Shown: positions 19,005 through 29,537 of the stretch, piece after piece | How the letters are laid out: every line of letters starts with the position of its first letter | Position numbering within the stretch: the stretch's first letter is position 1 | Assembly (NCBI GenBank): GCA_965222375.1 | Contig: CBDCTZ010000014.1 | Location: forward strand, 1,120,001 to 1,184,000 | DNA: 64,000 bases | Direction of reading: 5' to 3' | Source: Polyangiaceae bacterium | GTDB taxonomy: Bacteria; Myxococcota_A; Polyangia; Polyangiales; Polyangiaceae | The notes under the pieces: generated by a model | Database searches by the model: none | Told to the model about the DNA's origin: nothing | The model's input: only the letters and a program-made list of their open reading frames with translations | Translations under genes and position numbers: made by a program

Positions 19005-19766
19005 TCAGCCGCTGGCGTCTTCGAACAGCGCCACGTGCGCGCCGACGTTGTCTTCGATGACGGCGAACTTGCCGATGTTCGGTACCGGGATCTCCTCCAT
19101 CAGGATCTTGCCCTTCTGCTCGGTCACGATCTTCCGCGCCGCGGCGAGGTCTTTGACCATGATGTGGGGGATCCAGTGTGGGGGCGTCCCCGGGGGAGCT
19201 TCGCCCACGCCGCCGCCGTACTTGTCTGCGCCGCGCTTGAACACCTTCATGCCGGGGCCGAACTCGTCGGGCTTCCATGCGAACACCTTCTCGTAGAACG
19301 TGACCGCCGCGTCGATGTCGCTGGTATTCAGATGATTCCAGCACATGGTCCCCATCAGAGGCTTCTCGGGCTCGGCTTGATCGCCGTCAACTGCCTTCCA
19401 GGCCGCAACGACTGCGCCCTGGGGATCTTGCAGCACCGCGAAACGTCCCATGTTGGGGATGTCGCTCGGCTCCTTCAGCACGGTGCCGCCGCCGCTCTTC
19501 ACCGCCGCGGCTGCTTCGTCAACGTCAGGAACGGACACGTACCCCAACCAGTGTGGGGGAACGCCCTCCATGGGGATCGTGGACAAGTCCATGATCCCGC
19601 CGACCATGGTCTCGCCGGCGAGGAACATGGTGTAGTCCATGCCGGGCATTTCCATGGTCTTGGTCGTCCAGCCCGTGACCGCGGTGTAGAATTTCTTGGT
19701 TGCTTCGGTGTCGCTGCTGAAGATCTCGTGCCAGACGAAGCGCCCGGGGGTGTAGTCAGTCATCAT
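19005..19766 (-). CDS. VOC/glyoxalase family protein (two domains)
   Basis: GRFVWHE, FYTAVTGW and GRFAVLQDPQGA motifs, repeated. Confidence 0.9.
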   Translation of the reverse strand: MMTDYTPGRFVWHEIFSSDTEATKKFYTAVTGWTTKTMEMPGMDYTMFLAGETMVGGIMDLSTIPMEGVPPHWLGYVSVPDVDEAAAAVKSGGGTVLKEPSDIPNMGRFAVLQDPQGAVVAAWKAVDGDQAEPEKPLMGTMCWNHLNTSDIDAAVTFYEKVFAWKPDEFGPGMKVFKRGADKYGGGVGEAPPGTPPHWIPHIMVKDLAAARKIVTEQKGKILMEEIPVPNIGKFAVIEDNVGAHVALFEDASG

Positions 19767-19987
19767 TGCTCTCCTTCCCTCTTGGGGACGGATCGCGTCT
19801 CAAGGCGCGACTATCTCGTCAAGGCTAGGCTGGGGCCCCGCGAAAGGCGGCCATTTTACGAGTCTTTTGCTTCCGGATTCGGTCGGGGCGCCGCCACCGT
19901 ATCCGTAGCGGCTCGATTTTCGGGCTTCGATCCGCAGGAGTGCCCGCCTACGCTCCCGTGGCTGTCCAATCTCGCGTCGGAGGAGTC

Positions 19988-21730
19988 ATGGTCGATATTG
20001 ATAAGAGCTTCATGCGGTCCCTATGCATGGGCGTGATCGAAGAGCAGATCATCGTGCCCTTTCCCAGGGTGCAAGATGAGCAACGCGAAACCCTTCACGG
20101 TGTCATCGACTCCCTCAAGCAACTCCTGGGGCCCCGAGAGGAGGATTTTCGAAAGTGGGATCGGGCCGGAGAATTCCCGCCCGAGTTCATCGAAGAGCTG
20201 AAGCAGTTTGGCCTGTTCGGACTGATCATCCCCGAGGAGTACGGCGGCATGGCGTTCAAGAGCACTGCCTACTCGCGAACGCTGCAGGAGATAGCCAAAT
20301 ACGATGCATCCGTGGCGGTGACCGTCGGCGCGCACAGCTCGATCGGTATGCGCGGGCTGGTGCTGTTCGGAAACGACGAGCAGAAGAAGAAGTACCTGCC
20401 GAAGCTCGCGACGGGCGAGATGATCGCGGCCTTCTGTCTCACCGAACCGGGTGCTGGCTCTGACGCTGCGGCGATCAAGACCAAGGCCGAGCAAAAGGGC
20501 GACCACTGGGTTCTCAACGGCAGCAAGCTCTGGATCACGAATGGCGGAATTGGCAGTTTCTTCACGGTATTCGCCAGGACCGGGGAGGAAGCCGGCAAAT
20601 CGCATATGTCGGCCTTCATCGTGACCAGTGACATGGAGGGCGTGTCCATGGGGCCCCACGAAGACAAGATGGGGCTGCGCGCAAGCTCCACCACGACGGT
20701 CAACTTCGACAACGTTCGCGTGCCCAAGGAAAACCTGCTTGGCCCCCAAAACAAGGGTTTCAAGGTGGCGATGCAAATTCTCAACAGCGGCCGCACCGGC
20801 CTCGGTGGCGGGTCCATCGGCGCCATGAAGCGACTGATCGAGATGAGCACCCGCTACGCCAACGAACGCGAGACCTTCGGTAAGCCGATCCGTGAGTATG
20901 GCTCGATCAAGCTCAAGGTCGGCCAGATGGTCATCGACTGCTACGCGACCGAAGCCGTGGTGGACACCGTCGCCATGCTCATCGACCAAGGCTACAAGGA
21001 GTACTCCGTCGAGGCGGCGATCAGCAAAGTCTTTGCGAGCGAGGCGCTCTGGACCGCATCCGACCAGGCACTGCAGATCGCCGGCGGAAACGGGTACATG
21101 TGCGAGTTCCCCTACGAGCGCATCATGCGGGATGCGCGCATCAATCGGATCTTCGAGGGTACCAACGAGATCTTGCGGCTCTTCATCGCACTGACTGCCA
21201 TGAACGACGTGGGTAGCCAGCTCAAGGAGCTAGCGAGCACCGTGCGGGGCATATTCGATGAACCCATCAAGGGGTTCGGTGTGCTGAGCCAATACGCCAT
21301 CAAGCATGCTCGTCTCGCCACGGGCTATCCGCGAGCCAAGAGCCGCTTTTCGCTGATTGACCCGGCCTTGCGCGACCCGGCTGCGGTGTTCGAAGATTCG
21401 ACTCGACATTTGGCCGCTGCGGTGGACCGCATCCTGCGCAAACACGGCAAGAACATCATCGGCAAGCAGTTGGCGTCGCGTCGCCTGGCCAACATCATGA
21501 TCGATCTCTTCGTCTTGGCCTGCGTCATCAGCCGCGTGAATTCAGCTCTTGCGGAGCACGGCATGGAGGGCGCTTCCAAGGAAATCGACATCTTGAAGAC
21601 CTTTGCCAACCAGGTGCAGAGGCGGGTGCGTCACAACTTCAGCCTGATCGACATCAACGACGACGAGCTGCTCAAAGGCATCGCGATGCACGCCTTCGAG
21701 CACGAAAAGTTCGTGTGGGATAACATCTGA
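19988..21730 (+). CDS. Acyl-CoA dehydrogenase (VLCAD/ACAD9-like)
   Basis: FCLTEPGAGSDA, GSKLWITNG, QIAGGNGY and RIFEGTNEI motifs plus C-terminal extension; GGAGGAG RBS. Confidence 0.95.
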   Translation: MVDIDKSFMRSLCMGVIEEQIIVPFPRVQDEQRETLHGVIDSLKQLLGPREEDFRKWDRAGEFPPEFIEELKQFGLFGLIIPEEYGGMAFKSTAYSRTLQEIAKYDASVAVTVGAHSSIGMRGLVLFGNDEQKKKYLPKLATGEMIAAFCLTEPGAGSDAAAIKTKAEQKGDHWVLNGSKLWITNGGIGSFFTVFARTGEEAGKSHMSAFIVTSDMEGVSMGPHEDKMGLRASSTTTVNFDNVRVPKENLLGPQNKGFKVAMQILNSGRTGLGGGSIGAMKRLIEMSTRYANERETFGKPIREYGSIKLKVGQMVIDCYATEAVVDTVAMLIDQGYKEYSVEAAISKVFASEALWTASDQALQIAGGNGYMCEFPYERIMRDARINRIFEGTNEILRLFIALTAMNDVGSQLKELASTVRGIFDEPIKGFGVLSQYAIKHARLATGYPRAKSRFSLIDPALRDPAAVFEDSTRHLAAAVDRILRKHGKNIIGKQLASRRLANIMIDLFVLACVISRVNSALAEHGMEGASKEIDILKTFANQVQRRVRHNFSLIDINDDELLKGIAMHAFEHEKFVWDNI

Positions 21731-21799
21731 ACTGTGTCGCTACGAGCCGCGGGATGGCCGGGTCGCCGCGCCGCGGCTTCGTGATAAACTCATCGTGGG

Positions 21800-22795
21800 A
21801 TGGGAAAATCGCTCACTGGGGTTGTTGTGCTGTCCGTAGTTGTCGCTCTGGCCGGGCCGGTGGCCTGTGGTGGCAGTTCGGATTCCGAATCCAGTAGCGG
21901 CGGGAGCAGCGGCGCTGCAGGCAGTAGCGGGAGTGCCGGGGCTGCCGGTAGCGCAGGGCAGGGTGGCGCGGCGGGCCAGGCTGGTAGTGCTGGTCAAGGC
22001 GGGGCGAGTGCTGGTGCAGGTGGCAACGCCGGTGCCGGTGGAAGCGGCGGCACGAGCTACACCCTCGACAACGTCTGCGCGTTGTACGCGCCGAAGCTCT
22101 GTGTCGCGGTAAAGCCATGTTGTGAAGGTAGTGGGTTCGGTTACGATGCGGCCAAGTGCGAAGCGGCGACCCTATCGGATTGCAACAACCAGGTTGCCGA
22201 GGTGAAGGCTGGGAATCTGACCTTTCATCCAGAGAACATCGACACTTGCTTGGCGAAGCTGGCGCCGCTGTACCAGAAGTGCCAGCTCTCCATCGGAGAC
22301 ATCATTGCCGCCCAGCCTGACTTGGCCTTGTGCAACATGTTCGAGGGAAAGGTGCCCCAAGGTGGGCCATGCACCCGCAGTAGTGACTGCGCCACGCCAA
22401 CCCAGCCGAACACCTACAAGAGCTGCAACGAGAGCTCCAAGACATGCCAGCACGTTGTGTTGAAGAAGAACTCGGAGCCCTGCGAACTCGGCGCGGGCGC
22501 GTCGGGCTTCTGCGAGTCCGGCCTGTACTGTGACGTCGCCTTGGTGGGGCCGCCCCCGTACCCGGGCCAGTGTAAGCCGGCCACGCCTTCGGGCTCCGCC
22601 TGCAACACCCAGAAGGCCATTTCGGTCGAGTGCGGCCTTGGGTTTTACTGCAATAAGGCCAGCGGCAACTGTACGACCGCCAAGGTTGGCGGCGCCGGCT
22701 GCACGCTGGACCTCGAGTGTCGCAGTTTCAAGTGTCAGGGCGGCAAGTGCTTGTCGGCGTCCCCCATCGTCGGCCAGCTGCAGTGCACGGGCTAA
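21800..22795 (+). CDS. Cys-rich lipoprotein with Gly/Ser/Ala linker
   Basis: Lipobox PVAC; more than 20 Cys in the C-terminal part. Confidence 0.8.
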   Translation: MGKSLTGVVVLSVVVALAGPVACGGSSDSESSSGGSSGAAGSSGSAGAAGSAGQGGAAGQAGSAGQGGASAGAGGNAGAGGSGGTSYTLDNVCALYAPKLCVAVKPCCEGSGFGYDAAKCEAATLSDCNNQVAEVKAGNLTFHPENIDTCLAKLAPLYQKCQLSIGDIIAAQPDLALCNMFEGKVPQGGPCTRSSDCATPTQPNTYKSCNESSKTCQHVVLKKNSEPCELGAGASGFCESGLYCDVALVGPPPYPGQCKPATPSGSACNTQKAISVECGLGFYCNKASGNCTTAKVGGAGCTLDLECRSFKCQGGKCLSASPIVGQLQCTG

Positions 22796-22932
22796 AACGC
22801 ACCTTCGAGCTCGTCGATGCCCCTAAAGCAAAGGCCTTTTTGGCCGATCCTCCCAGAAAGGCTCTGGTTTTGGGCGGCACCCCGGGAAAATATCGCGTAG
22901 GCTAGGGGCGCTCAAAGTTCGAGGGTAAGACC

Positions 22933-23412
22933 ATGGCAGCAAACGATCCCAGAAAAGCTCAGGACGTGCCCGAAGGCATTCCGATGTCGAAGACCAACCC
23001 CATGCTGATCATCGGGATCGCGGGGGCGGTTGTCCTGATTCTCGGTGTGATTGGCTTCAAGGCACTCAGCAGCAGCAAGGACAAGAAGGTCAACCAAGAA
23101 GCGGCAGCGGCCGCCGCCGCGGCGGGGCAGCCCGATGACGGAATGACCGCTGCGGAGCGCAAGAAGCACCTGGAGATCACCCGCAAGAGCCTGGCCAAGT
23201 GGTCCAAGGACGAAGCGGGTCGAGAAGCTCAGAAAAAAGCCGCGGCAGAGGAAGCCAAGCGAAAGGCCGAGGAAGAGGAACGGGCCAAGACTGCCAAGGC
23301 CGCCCCCAAGGGCGGTGGCGGTGGAGCGCGCAAGCCGTCCGCGAAAGCCACGAAGGCCCAATCCTCCGCTCTGGATGACATCGCCGGCGACATCACTGGC
23401 AAGCTGAAGTAG
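22933..23412 (+). CDS. Single-pass membrane protein, Lys/Ala-rich
   Basis: One TM segment (LIIGIAGAVVLILGVIGF) followed by a charged helical region. Confidence 0.75.
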   Translation: MAANDPRKAQDVPEGIPMSKTNPMLIIGIAGAVVLILGVIGFKALSSSKDKKVNQEAAAAAAAAGQPDDGMTAAERKKHLEITRKSLAKWSKDEAGREAQKKAAAEEAKRKAEEEERAKTAKAAPKGGGGGARKPSAKATKAQSSALDDIAGDITGKLK

Positions 23413-23554
23413 TCGCGAGCCTGCTGGGGGTGAGGGCAGCAGGCATCAAGTTGTGGTCTGGAGACATCGCCGGGCTGCGCCCGCCTCGGCGCAAAGGCCG
23501 GATTTTGGGGCAGATTTGGGACTGGTATGGCGTGTGCTCTAGCTATGGCCAGCT

Positions 23555-23851
23555 ATGCGTCTCCTGTGCCTCCTTGCAGCCATCGCAACACTGACTTTCG
23601 CAGGAAACGCCCAAGCTGACGCACGCCCGAAGATGCAGACTGGGGCCGTAACTCAGCTACTGCTTCTCGACGGCTATCGAGCCCCCAAGGCGCCAGCTGG
23701 TACCTCGGCGGTTCGGCGGGGCTCGGCGAAGGGCATCGAGCCCGGGGCCAAGGAGGAGACCCTGGCTGAGGCAGTTCAGCGCATGTGGTCTCAGGTGCGA
23801 GCGTATCGCAGGCCCGGCGGTGCGGAAGTCTACGTCCGCGGGATCTTCTAG
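23555..23851 (+). CDS. Small secreted hypothetical protein
   Basis: Signal peptide ending AQA; sigma54-like TGGTAT-N5-GTGCT at 23523-23538. Confidence 0.6.
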   Translation: MRLLCLLAAIATLTFAGNAQADARPKMQTGAVTQLLLLDGYRAPKAPAGTSAVRRGSAKGIEPGAKEETLAEAVQRMWSQVRAYRRPGGAEVYVRGIF

Positions 23852-23935
23852 CGACGTTGGCCGCGCAACGCGGCCAGAAGTTCCTTATGATGCCGGGTAG
23901 TGCGCGCTTCTTCGCGGCCCCCGCCGGCTCTGGAT

Positions 23936-24859
23936 ATGAAAGCTTCTGCTGTCTGGGAGGACCAGCAGCACCAGGGCTTTCGGGTACGTCGCTTTGCGGG
24001 CTCCCTCGATCACTCTGAGCGCCTGGACCATCTGCGGGTGGCGCACCTGACGGACTTGCACGTCGGGCGAGTGACGCCCTTTGCCGTCCAGAAAGCCGCT
24101 GTCCGATTGACCAACGAGTCCCGGCCCGACCTCGTCACGATCACCGGTGACTTCGTGTGCCACAGCCAGCTGTACCTGGACCAGCTGACGGAGGTCGTCG
24201 CCGGCTTTGCCGCACCCGTGCTGTGCGTGCTGGGCAATCACGACTATTGGGCCGGCGCGACCGAGGTGCGTCGGGCACTCAAGCGAGGCGGTGCGGAGGT
24301 GCTTTCCAACGAACACACCGTACTGAACCTGCGCCGGCAGCGCTTGCAGGTCGTCGGGCTGGATGATGCGTACACCGGTCATGCCTCCATGCACTCTGCA
24401 ACTCGCGGGTTGCGGCAGGATCTCCCCACCCTCGGCCTGTCCCACATTGCGGAGGAGGCAGAGGCGTTGTGGGCGCGAAGCGTGCCGTTGGTGCTGAGTG
24501 GCCATACCCATGGTGGTCAGGTGACGCTGGCGCGGCTCCACGAAATTGCCATCGGTCGCCTGGCGGGGCACAAGTACGTTCACGGTCTGTACGGAAACCG
24601 CGGTGCGGACGGCGCCGTCTACGTCGGCGCGGGGGTCGGAGCCAGCGTAATCCCCGTGCGACTCGGTGAGCGTGGACGTAGAGAAATCACTCTTTTTGAA
24701 CTCGGGCACGCACCGGGCTCGTTCGTGGAACCCTTTGGTGAGCAATCCGCAGGGCGGGGGCGCGAACCCTCTGCCCGCTTGCAGTACCTGCGCGCGGCCA
24801 AGGTCATCAAGAAGGAGCAGCGGCGTGCCCGGCTCAGCCGACGCAAGAATGGCGGCTGA
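23936..24859 (+). CDS. Metallophosphoesterase (YkuE-like)
   Basis: DLH, GDF, GNHD and GHTHGGQ motifs. Confidence 0.9.
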   Translation: MKASAVWEDQQHQGFRVRRFAGSLDHSERLDHLRVAHLTDLHVGRVTPFAVQKAAVRLTNESRPDLVTITGDFVCHSQLYLDQLTEVVAGFAAPVLCVLGNHDYWAGATEVRRALKRGGAEVLSNEHTVLNLRRQRLQVVGLDDAYTGHASMHSATRGLRQDLPTLGLSHIAEEAEALWARSVPLVLSGHTHGGQVTLARLHEIAIGRLAGHKYVHGLYGNRGADGAVYVGAGVGASVIPVRLGERGRREITLFELGHAPGSFVEPFGEQSAGRGREPSARLQYLRAAKVIKKEQRRARLSRRKNGG

Positions 24860-24871
24860 GGGGCTTTCGGC

Positions 24872-25372
24872 CTAGCCCGCTGGTGGTGGTGGCACGGTCG
24901 GCTGCTCTGGAGACTCGTGGCGCACCGTCAGCACTGGGCAGGGGGCGTTGCGGACCACACGCTCTGCGATGCTGCCCATCATCAGGCGCCCGATGCCCTT
25001 GCGCCCGTGAGTACCCATGATGACCATGTCGTAGGTGCCCTGCTCCACGAGCGTGACGATGAGCTCATCGGGGCGGCCGACCTCGACGCGCGTCGTGAGT
25101 TTCACGGCGGGCGGTCGCTCGACGCTGGCGCCGAGCTCCTGTAACTTCAACATGGCCTCGCGGCGGGCGATCTCGCCTAGCGTGCGCGGCGCGGTGCTGG
25201 TGCCGACCGCTGCCAGCAGGGTCTCGATGGGGATCACTCCGGAGGGCTCCCAAATGTAGAGCAGCTCAACGGAAGCGCCCAGTCTCTCGGCAATCGATAT
25301 TGCGGTTGTCAGCGCTTCGCCAGCGCTTTCCGAGAAGTCGGTAGGAACCACGATACGAGTAGGTAAGGCCAT
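24872..25372 (-). CDS. Universal stress protein
   Basis: IVVPTDFS and MGTHGRKG...GSIAERVVRNAPCPVL motifs. Confidence 0.95.
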   Translation of the reverse strand: MALPTRIVVPTDFSESAGEALTTAISIAERLGASVELLYIWEPSGVIPIETLLAAVGTSTAPRTLGEIARREAMLKLQELGASVERPPAVKLTTRVEVGRPDELIVTLVEQGTYDMVIMGTHGRKGIGRLMMGSIAERVVRNAPCPVLTVRHESPEQPTVPPPPAG

Positions 25373-25394
25373 GCGGGAATCTCGATTCTCAGTC

Positions 25395-25410
25395 TGCAGG
25401 AGTCGTGCCT
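25395..25410 (-). promoter_or_regulatory. Sigma54-like promoter
   Basis: AGGCAC-GACTC-CTGCA on the minus strand, upstream of the USP start at 25372. Confidence 0.45.
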
Positions 25411-25510
25411 CGTCGCCAACCCGGCTTGTGTGGGGAGCTCGGGGGATCCCGATGCCGCGACCCGCAAGAATCACCAAGGCTGGGGTAGCGCCGGAAGATT
25501 CTGCGCGGGG

Positions 25511-26917
25511 CTAGTGTCCAGGTGGTAGGCGCAACCGAAAGACCGTCTGACCGGGCCTGGAGTCAAAGCTTATCTGTCCCCCGTGCTCGTCGATGATGCG
25601 ATGCACAATCGCTAGCCCCAGCCCCGTGCCTGCCTCTTTGGTGGTGTAGAAGGCGTCGAAAATCGGCGCATCGTCCGGAATGCCTGGCCCAGTATCTTCG
25701 ATGTCGACGCCGGCGAGCCCTTCCAGGTCCGTGGCCAGCGTGCGTACGGTGAGGGTGCCTCCGCCGCGCATGGCCTCCACCGCGTTGCGCATGAGGTTGA
25801 GCAGCACTTGCCTCAGCCGTTCCGGATCCACTTCAACGGGAGACTGAGCTCCGAACTCCTGCTTCAACTCGATTCTTGCTTCGCTTATTTCCGGCGCGAG
25901 CTGCGCCAGAACGGAGCCGACGAGTTCGTCCAGCGCGGTTCGTTTGAGTTCCAGGGGGCTGGGGCGGGCGAAGGCAAGGAAGTCTTTGACCAAACGCTCT
26001 AGGCGAAGAATCTCGTCATGCACGATGTTGACGACGGGGAGCAACCCACCGGGCGCGGTGTTCCCTTTTTCGATTCGTCGGCGCAGCACTTGCAGTTGCA
26101 AGGTGGCCGAATTGAGCGGGTTGCGAACTTCATGAGCCAGGCCAGCCGCTAGAGTGCCTACTGCCGCCAGCCGCTCGGTGCGCAGAGTGCGGCGGTGCAT
26201 CGCGCGCTCTTCCGTGACGTCAGTCCCCAGCGCGTAGGTGATGGGAGCGGCGACGCCATCCAACTCGGTCAGGTGCCAGTGCACTAGCCTGGCAGGTCCT
26301 TCCGCGCGCCGTAGAGTGCGGTCACCGCCACGCCCAACCAACTCTCGGCCGGGTTGCCCGAGCACTTCGCTGCGCGGTCTACCGGTGACCTGTTCCAGCC
26401 GGTGATTCCAAAGCACAATCTGGTCGTCAGCGTCCAAGGCCATGACGAACGCGGGCATGGCTTCGACGACCTCTCGGTGACGGCGCTCGGACTCTTCCAG
26501 CTCCGCGCGCAGGGTCTCGCGCTCCCGCACCAAGAGCGCCCGAGCCAGTGCCGCCGACGCCGTTTGCATCAGGGCCTTGGGCGAGAACGGCTTGAGCACG
26601 AAGGCGAACGCGCCCTCGCTGACTGCCGCCGCGGCGCTCTCCACGGTCGCGTCCCCGGTGATGAGCACCACCTCGCAGTGTGGGCAGCGCTTGCGCAGGT
26701 TGCGCACCAAATCCAAGCCATCCACGTCGGGTAGGTGCAGGTCGACAAATGCTAGGTCAATGGCATGGTTCACCGCTTCGCAGTGCTTCACGGCGCCTGC
26801 GCCAGAAGTGGCGACCAGACAATCGATGTCGTAATCGTCGAGGCTACCCAAAACGTCCCGCAGGTTGTCGGCGAGTTCGGCATTGTCGTCGACGATCAGT
26901 ACTCTGGCTTGCTTCAT
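25511..26917 (-). CDS. Hybrid sensor kinase (REC-PAS-HisKA-HATPase)
   Basis: VLIVDD receiver; PAS-like segment; AHEVRNPL; NLMRNA; DTGPG; GTGLGL. Confidence 0.95.
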   Translation of the reverse strand: MKQARVLIVDDNAELADNLRDVLGSLDDYDIDCLVATSGAGAVKHCEAVNHAIDLAFVDLHLPDVDGLDLVRNLRKRCPHCEVVLITGDATVESAAAAVSEGAFAFVLKPFSPKALMQTASAALARALLVRERETLRAELEESERRHREVVEAMPAFVMALDADDQIVLWNHRLEQVTGRPRSEVLGQPGRELVGRGGDRTLRRAEGPARLVHWHLTELDGVAAPITYALGTDVTEERAMHRRTLRTERLAAVGTLAAGLAHEVRNPLNSATLQLQVLRRRIEKGNTAPGGLLPVVNIVHDEILRLERLVKDFLAFARPSPLELKRTALDELVGSVLAQLAPEISEARIELKQEFGAQSPVEVDPERLRQVLLNLMRNAVEAMRGGGTLTVRTLATDLEGLAGVDIEDTGPGIPDDAPIFDAFYTTKEAGTGLGLAIVHRIIDEHGGQISFDSRPGQTVFRLRLPPGH

Positions 26918-26920
26918 CGA

Positions 26921-27328
26921 CTACTTGCTCTGGTGATCGACCAGCTCGCTCAGGGTGGTCTGGAGGCGCGGCAGGTCGACGGGTTTCGATTGGATGTCGA
27001 TGACACCCAAGCTGCTTGCACGGTCTAGGCACGACTGTTCGACGAAGCCACTCATGACAATGGCCGGAACAGCAGAGTCGCGCTTGCGAAGTTCCTCGAT
27101 GAGTTCGATTCCACCTTTACCGGGGAGCTTGAGGTCCGTGAGGATGCAGTCCACGGCTTGGTCTGCGAGATGGGCCAATGCCCCTTCGGCACTCTTCACG
27201 GCGCTGACGCCGAAGCCGAAGCCGCATAGAATCTCCGTCAGGTTCTCCGCCAGAGCGGGGTCGTCCTCGACAATCAGGATTTCCAGTCGGCGGCTCCCTG
27301 TCTGGCTCGCGAAGCGTGAATCACCCAT
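26921..27328 (-). CDS. Single-domain response regulator
   Basis: ILIVEDD, TDLKLP, SG and KP motifs. Confidence 0.9.
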   Translation of the reverse strand: MGDSRFASQTGSRRLEILIVEDDPALAENLTEILCGFGFGVSAVKSAEGALAHLADQAVDCILTDLKLPGKGGIELIEELRKRDSAVPAIVMSGFVEQSCLDRASSLGVIDIQSKPVDLPRLQTTLSELVDHQSK

Positions 27329-28484
27329 CCGTCACGTCTCTCGTGGGCAGCCACAGACGAAACTTCGCGCCTTCGCTGCAGTCCAGCACTTCAATTTCAC
27401 CTTGGTGGGCATCCAGCACCCGCCGGCAGAGCGCAAGCCCCAGACCCGTTCCTCGGGCTTTCGTCGTGTATAGGGCGTCGAAGACGCGCTGGCGGTCTTC
27501 CGGACGGATGCCCGGACCCGAGTCCCGGAGCACGATGGCCACGCCCCCAGGCGCCTCCCGAGCCGCGATCCAGAGCTTGGGATCGGACCCTTGCGCCTGC
27601 CAGGCGTTGAGGGCGAGGTTGCTGATCACGTGGGCTAGATCGGTTGGATCTGCGTCTACGAGCAGTTCTGGAGGAACATCCAAATGCACGGCATCCCGAG
27701 GTTCGACGCCGCTTTGTTCGACGCCCTTGTGCACCGAATCGAGCAAGCTGTGGCGTGCAATCTTTGGTGGCCGGTCCCGCGCCAGATCGAGCAGGTTGTC
27801 GATGGTGCGGGTGCATAGCGCCACCTGCTCTTCGATCCGCTGAATGTGCTTTTTGAAGAGGGCTTCCCCTTCGTCATCCTCGCGACTGGAGTTTCTCAAG
27901 AGGAAGGCGGAAGAGCCGATTACGCCAAGGGGATTGCGTAGTTCGTGGCCGATACTGGCAGCGAGTTGGCCGATCGTCGCCAGTCGAGCCGATCCGCGCA
28001 CTTTGCGGTCCATGTCCTCTCGGTAAGTGTCGAGCATGATCGCGAGTTCCAGGTCGACCGCCCGCTCGAGGGCTAGAGTGACTTGGGGCAACTCTTCTCT
28101 TGGCAGCTTCTCAAAGGCGATGGCCAAAAGTCGGCTTCGGATCCGGTTCATCGCCGTGAACATGTAGTGTTGGGGCAGATTGATCCGGACGTGCACCCGA
28201 CCGATTCGCGCGTTCTTCTCCAAGTACTCCGCGTCCCTCGCTCGCGTCAGCATGTCGTGCATCCATTGGACAAGCGTGCGCTTGAGTCGGTCGATCTGCG
28301 GTTGACCCCCTGTGATCGCGTCTCGGGTGTCTCCGTGGGCGGCAATTGCCGCGTAGAAATCATCCGCCACGGCGCTCAAGTGGGGCTCGGCCAGGGCTGC
28401 AAAGGCCCGCAGCCGCTCGAGATCTTCGGCCGTGAACCCTACGTACTGCTCGAGGCTCTCAAGTATAGTGCGATCCAGGTGCAT
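27321..28484 (-). CDS. Globin-coupled sensor histidine kinase
   Basis: Sensor-globin motifs YVGF, DDFY (B10 Tyr) and RIGRVH (F8 His); GHELRNPL; HATPase boxes. Confidence 0.9.
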   Translation of the reverse strand: MHLDRTILESLEQYVGFTAEDLERLRAFAALAEPHLSAVADDFYAAIAAHGDTRDAITGGQPQIDRLKRTLVQWMHDMLTRARDAEYLEKNARIGRVHVRINLPQHYMFTAMNRIRSRLLAIAFEKLPREELPQVTLALERAVDLELAIMLDTYREDMDRKVRGSARLATIGQLAASIGHELRNPLGVIGSSAFLLRNSSREDDEGEALFKKHIQRIEEQVALCTRTIDNLLDLARDRPPKIARHSLLDSVHKGVEQSGVEPRDAVHLDVPPELLVDADPTDLAHVISNLALNAWQAQGSDPKLWIAAREAPGGVAIVLRDSGPGIRPEDRQRVFDALYTTKARGTGLGLALCRRVLDAHQGEIEVLDCSEGAKFRLWLPTRDVTDG

Positions 28485-28559
28485 GGGTGGGTAGCATTCC
28501 CCGCGATGCTGCAGAGATTCGCTATCACGCATGCCACGTGGGTTCTAGCGTGTGAAGCC

Positions 28560-29018
28560 TTACTTCGCCTTCTCGCGAACACTCAGCACCGGTCGACGAG
28601 ATCTGCGCACGACCTTTTCCGCGACACTGCCTAGCAGAAGGTGTGAGAGCCCGGTGCGACCGTGCGTTCCAAGGGCGACCAGATCGTAGTTGCCACTATC
28701 GGCAGCTTCTACGATGACGCGCGCGGGGTCGCCCTGCTTCACCAGGGTCGTTCCGACCTTGATGCCATCCTGTTCGGCTGCGGCGACAAACTCCTTCATG
28801 GCCGTGTCCGCGTGGTCGCGTGCGAGCTCCGCCAGAGTCTGAGTTCCCCCCGACACTCCAACCATGGCTTCCGGCGCGACGAACGCGGGTGCTTCCCAAA
28901 CGTGAAGGACATCAATTGTGGCATCGAAGGCCTTGGCCAGCTCCGCCGCTCGCGACAGGGCTAACCGGGAACAACCCGAGAAATCGACCGGTACCAAGAT
29001 TCGCTTAACTTCGTGCAT
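28560..29018 (-). CDS. Universal stress protein
   Basis: ILVPVDFS and GTHGRTG..LLGSVAEKVVR motifs. Confidence 0.95.
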   Translation of the reverse strand: MHEVKRILVPVDFSGCSRLALSRAAELAKAFDATIDVLHVWEAPAFVAPEAMVGVSGGTQTLAELARDHADTAMKEFVAAAEQDGIKVGTTLVKQGDPARVIVEAADSGNYDLVALGTHGRTGLSHLLLGSVAEKVVRRSRRPVLSVREKAK

Positions 29019-29042
29019 TTCACTGCTCCCAAAACTTCATGC

Positions 29043-29537
29043 TCACAGAAGCCGCGGCTCGAAGAGTGGCTGAGCCGTCGCCTTGCTATCCTTCGTCGGA
29101 ATGACCAATACCGGGCAGGGCGCCCGCCGCACGACGTTCTCAGCCACGCTGCCCAAAGCCAGCCGCTTGGTGCCCGAGCGCCCGTGCGTCCCCATGATGA
29201 TCCAATCGTGCTTCTCTCGTTCTGCGACGGCAACTATTGCCACCGCAGCCTCTCCGTGGACGAGCCGCACGTGATCCGGCGTCAAGTCCAGGGACTGAGA
29301 CGTCAGGAATTCTCGGAGTTCGGCGGTGGCTTGCTCTTCAGCCAGTTCCCACAACGGACGCGGGCCTGTTCCCATCCAGACCAACACGCTGGGCTGGATG
29401 TAGTGCGGCACATGGTAGGCCATGATCACGGTCAGGTCGGCGTCCAAGTGCTCGGCCCAGACCCGCGCAACCTCCAGCGCGTGCGCGGAGCAATCCGAGC
29501 AATCGATGGCGCAGAGGATCTTCGACTTGGTTGTCAT
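29043..29537 (-). CDS. Universal stress protein
   Basis: ILCAID and MGTHGRSG..LGSVAENVVRRAPCPVL motifs. Confidence 0.95.
   Translation of the reverse strand: MTTKSKILCAIDCSDCSAHALEVARVWAEHLDADLTVIMAYHVPHYIQPSVLVWMGTGPRPLWELAEEQATAELREFLTSQSLDLTPDHVRLVHGEAAVAIVAVAEREKHDWIIMGTHGRSGTKRLALGSVAENVVRRAPCPVLVIPTKDSKATAQPLFEPRLL

Noticed and set aside
28520..28536. Sigma54 promoter before the globin kinase (TGGCAT... on the minus strand)
   Set aside because: The GG-to-GC spacing is off by one base.
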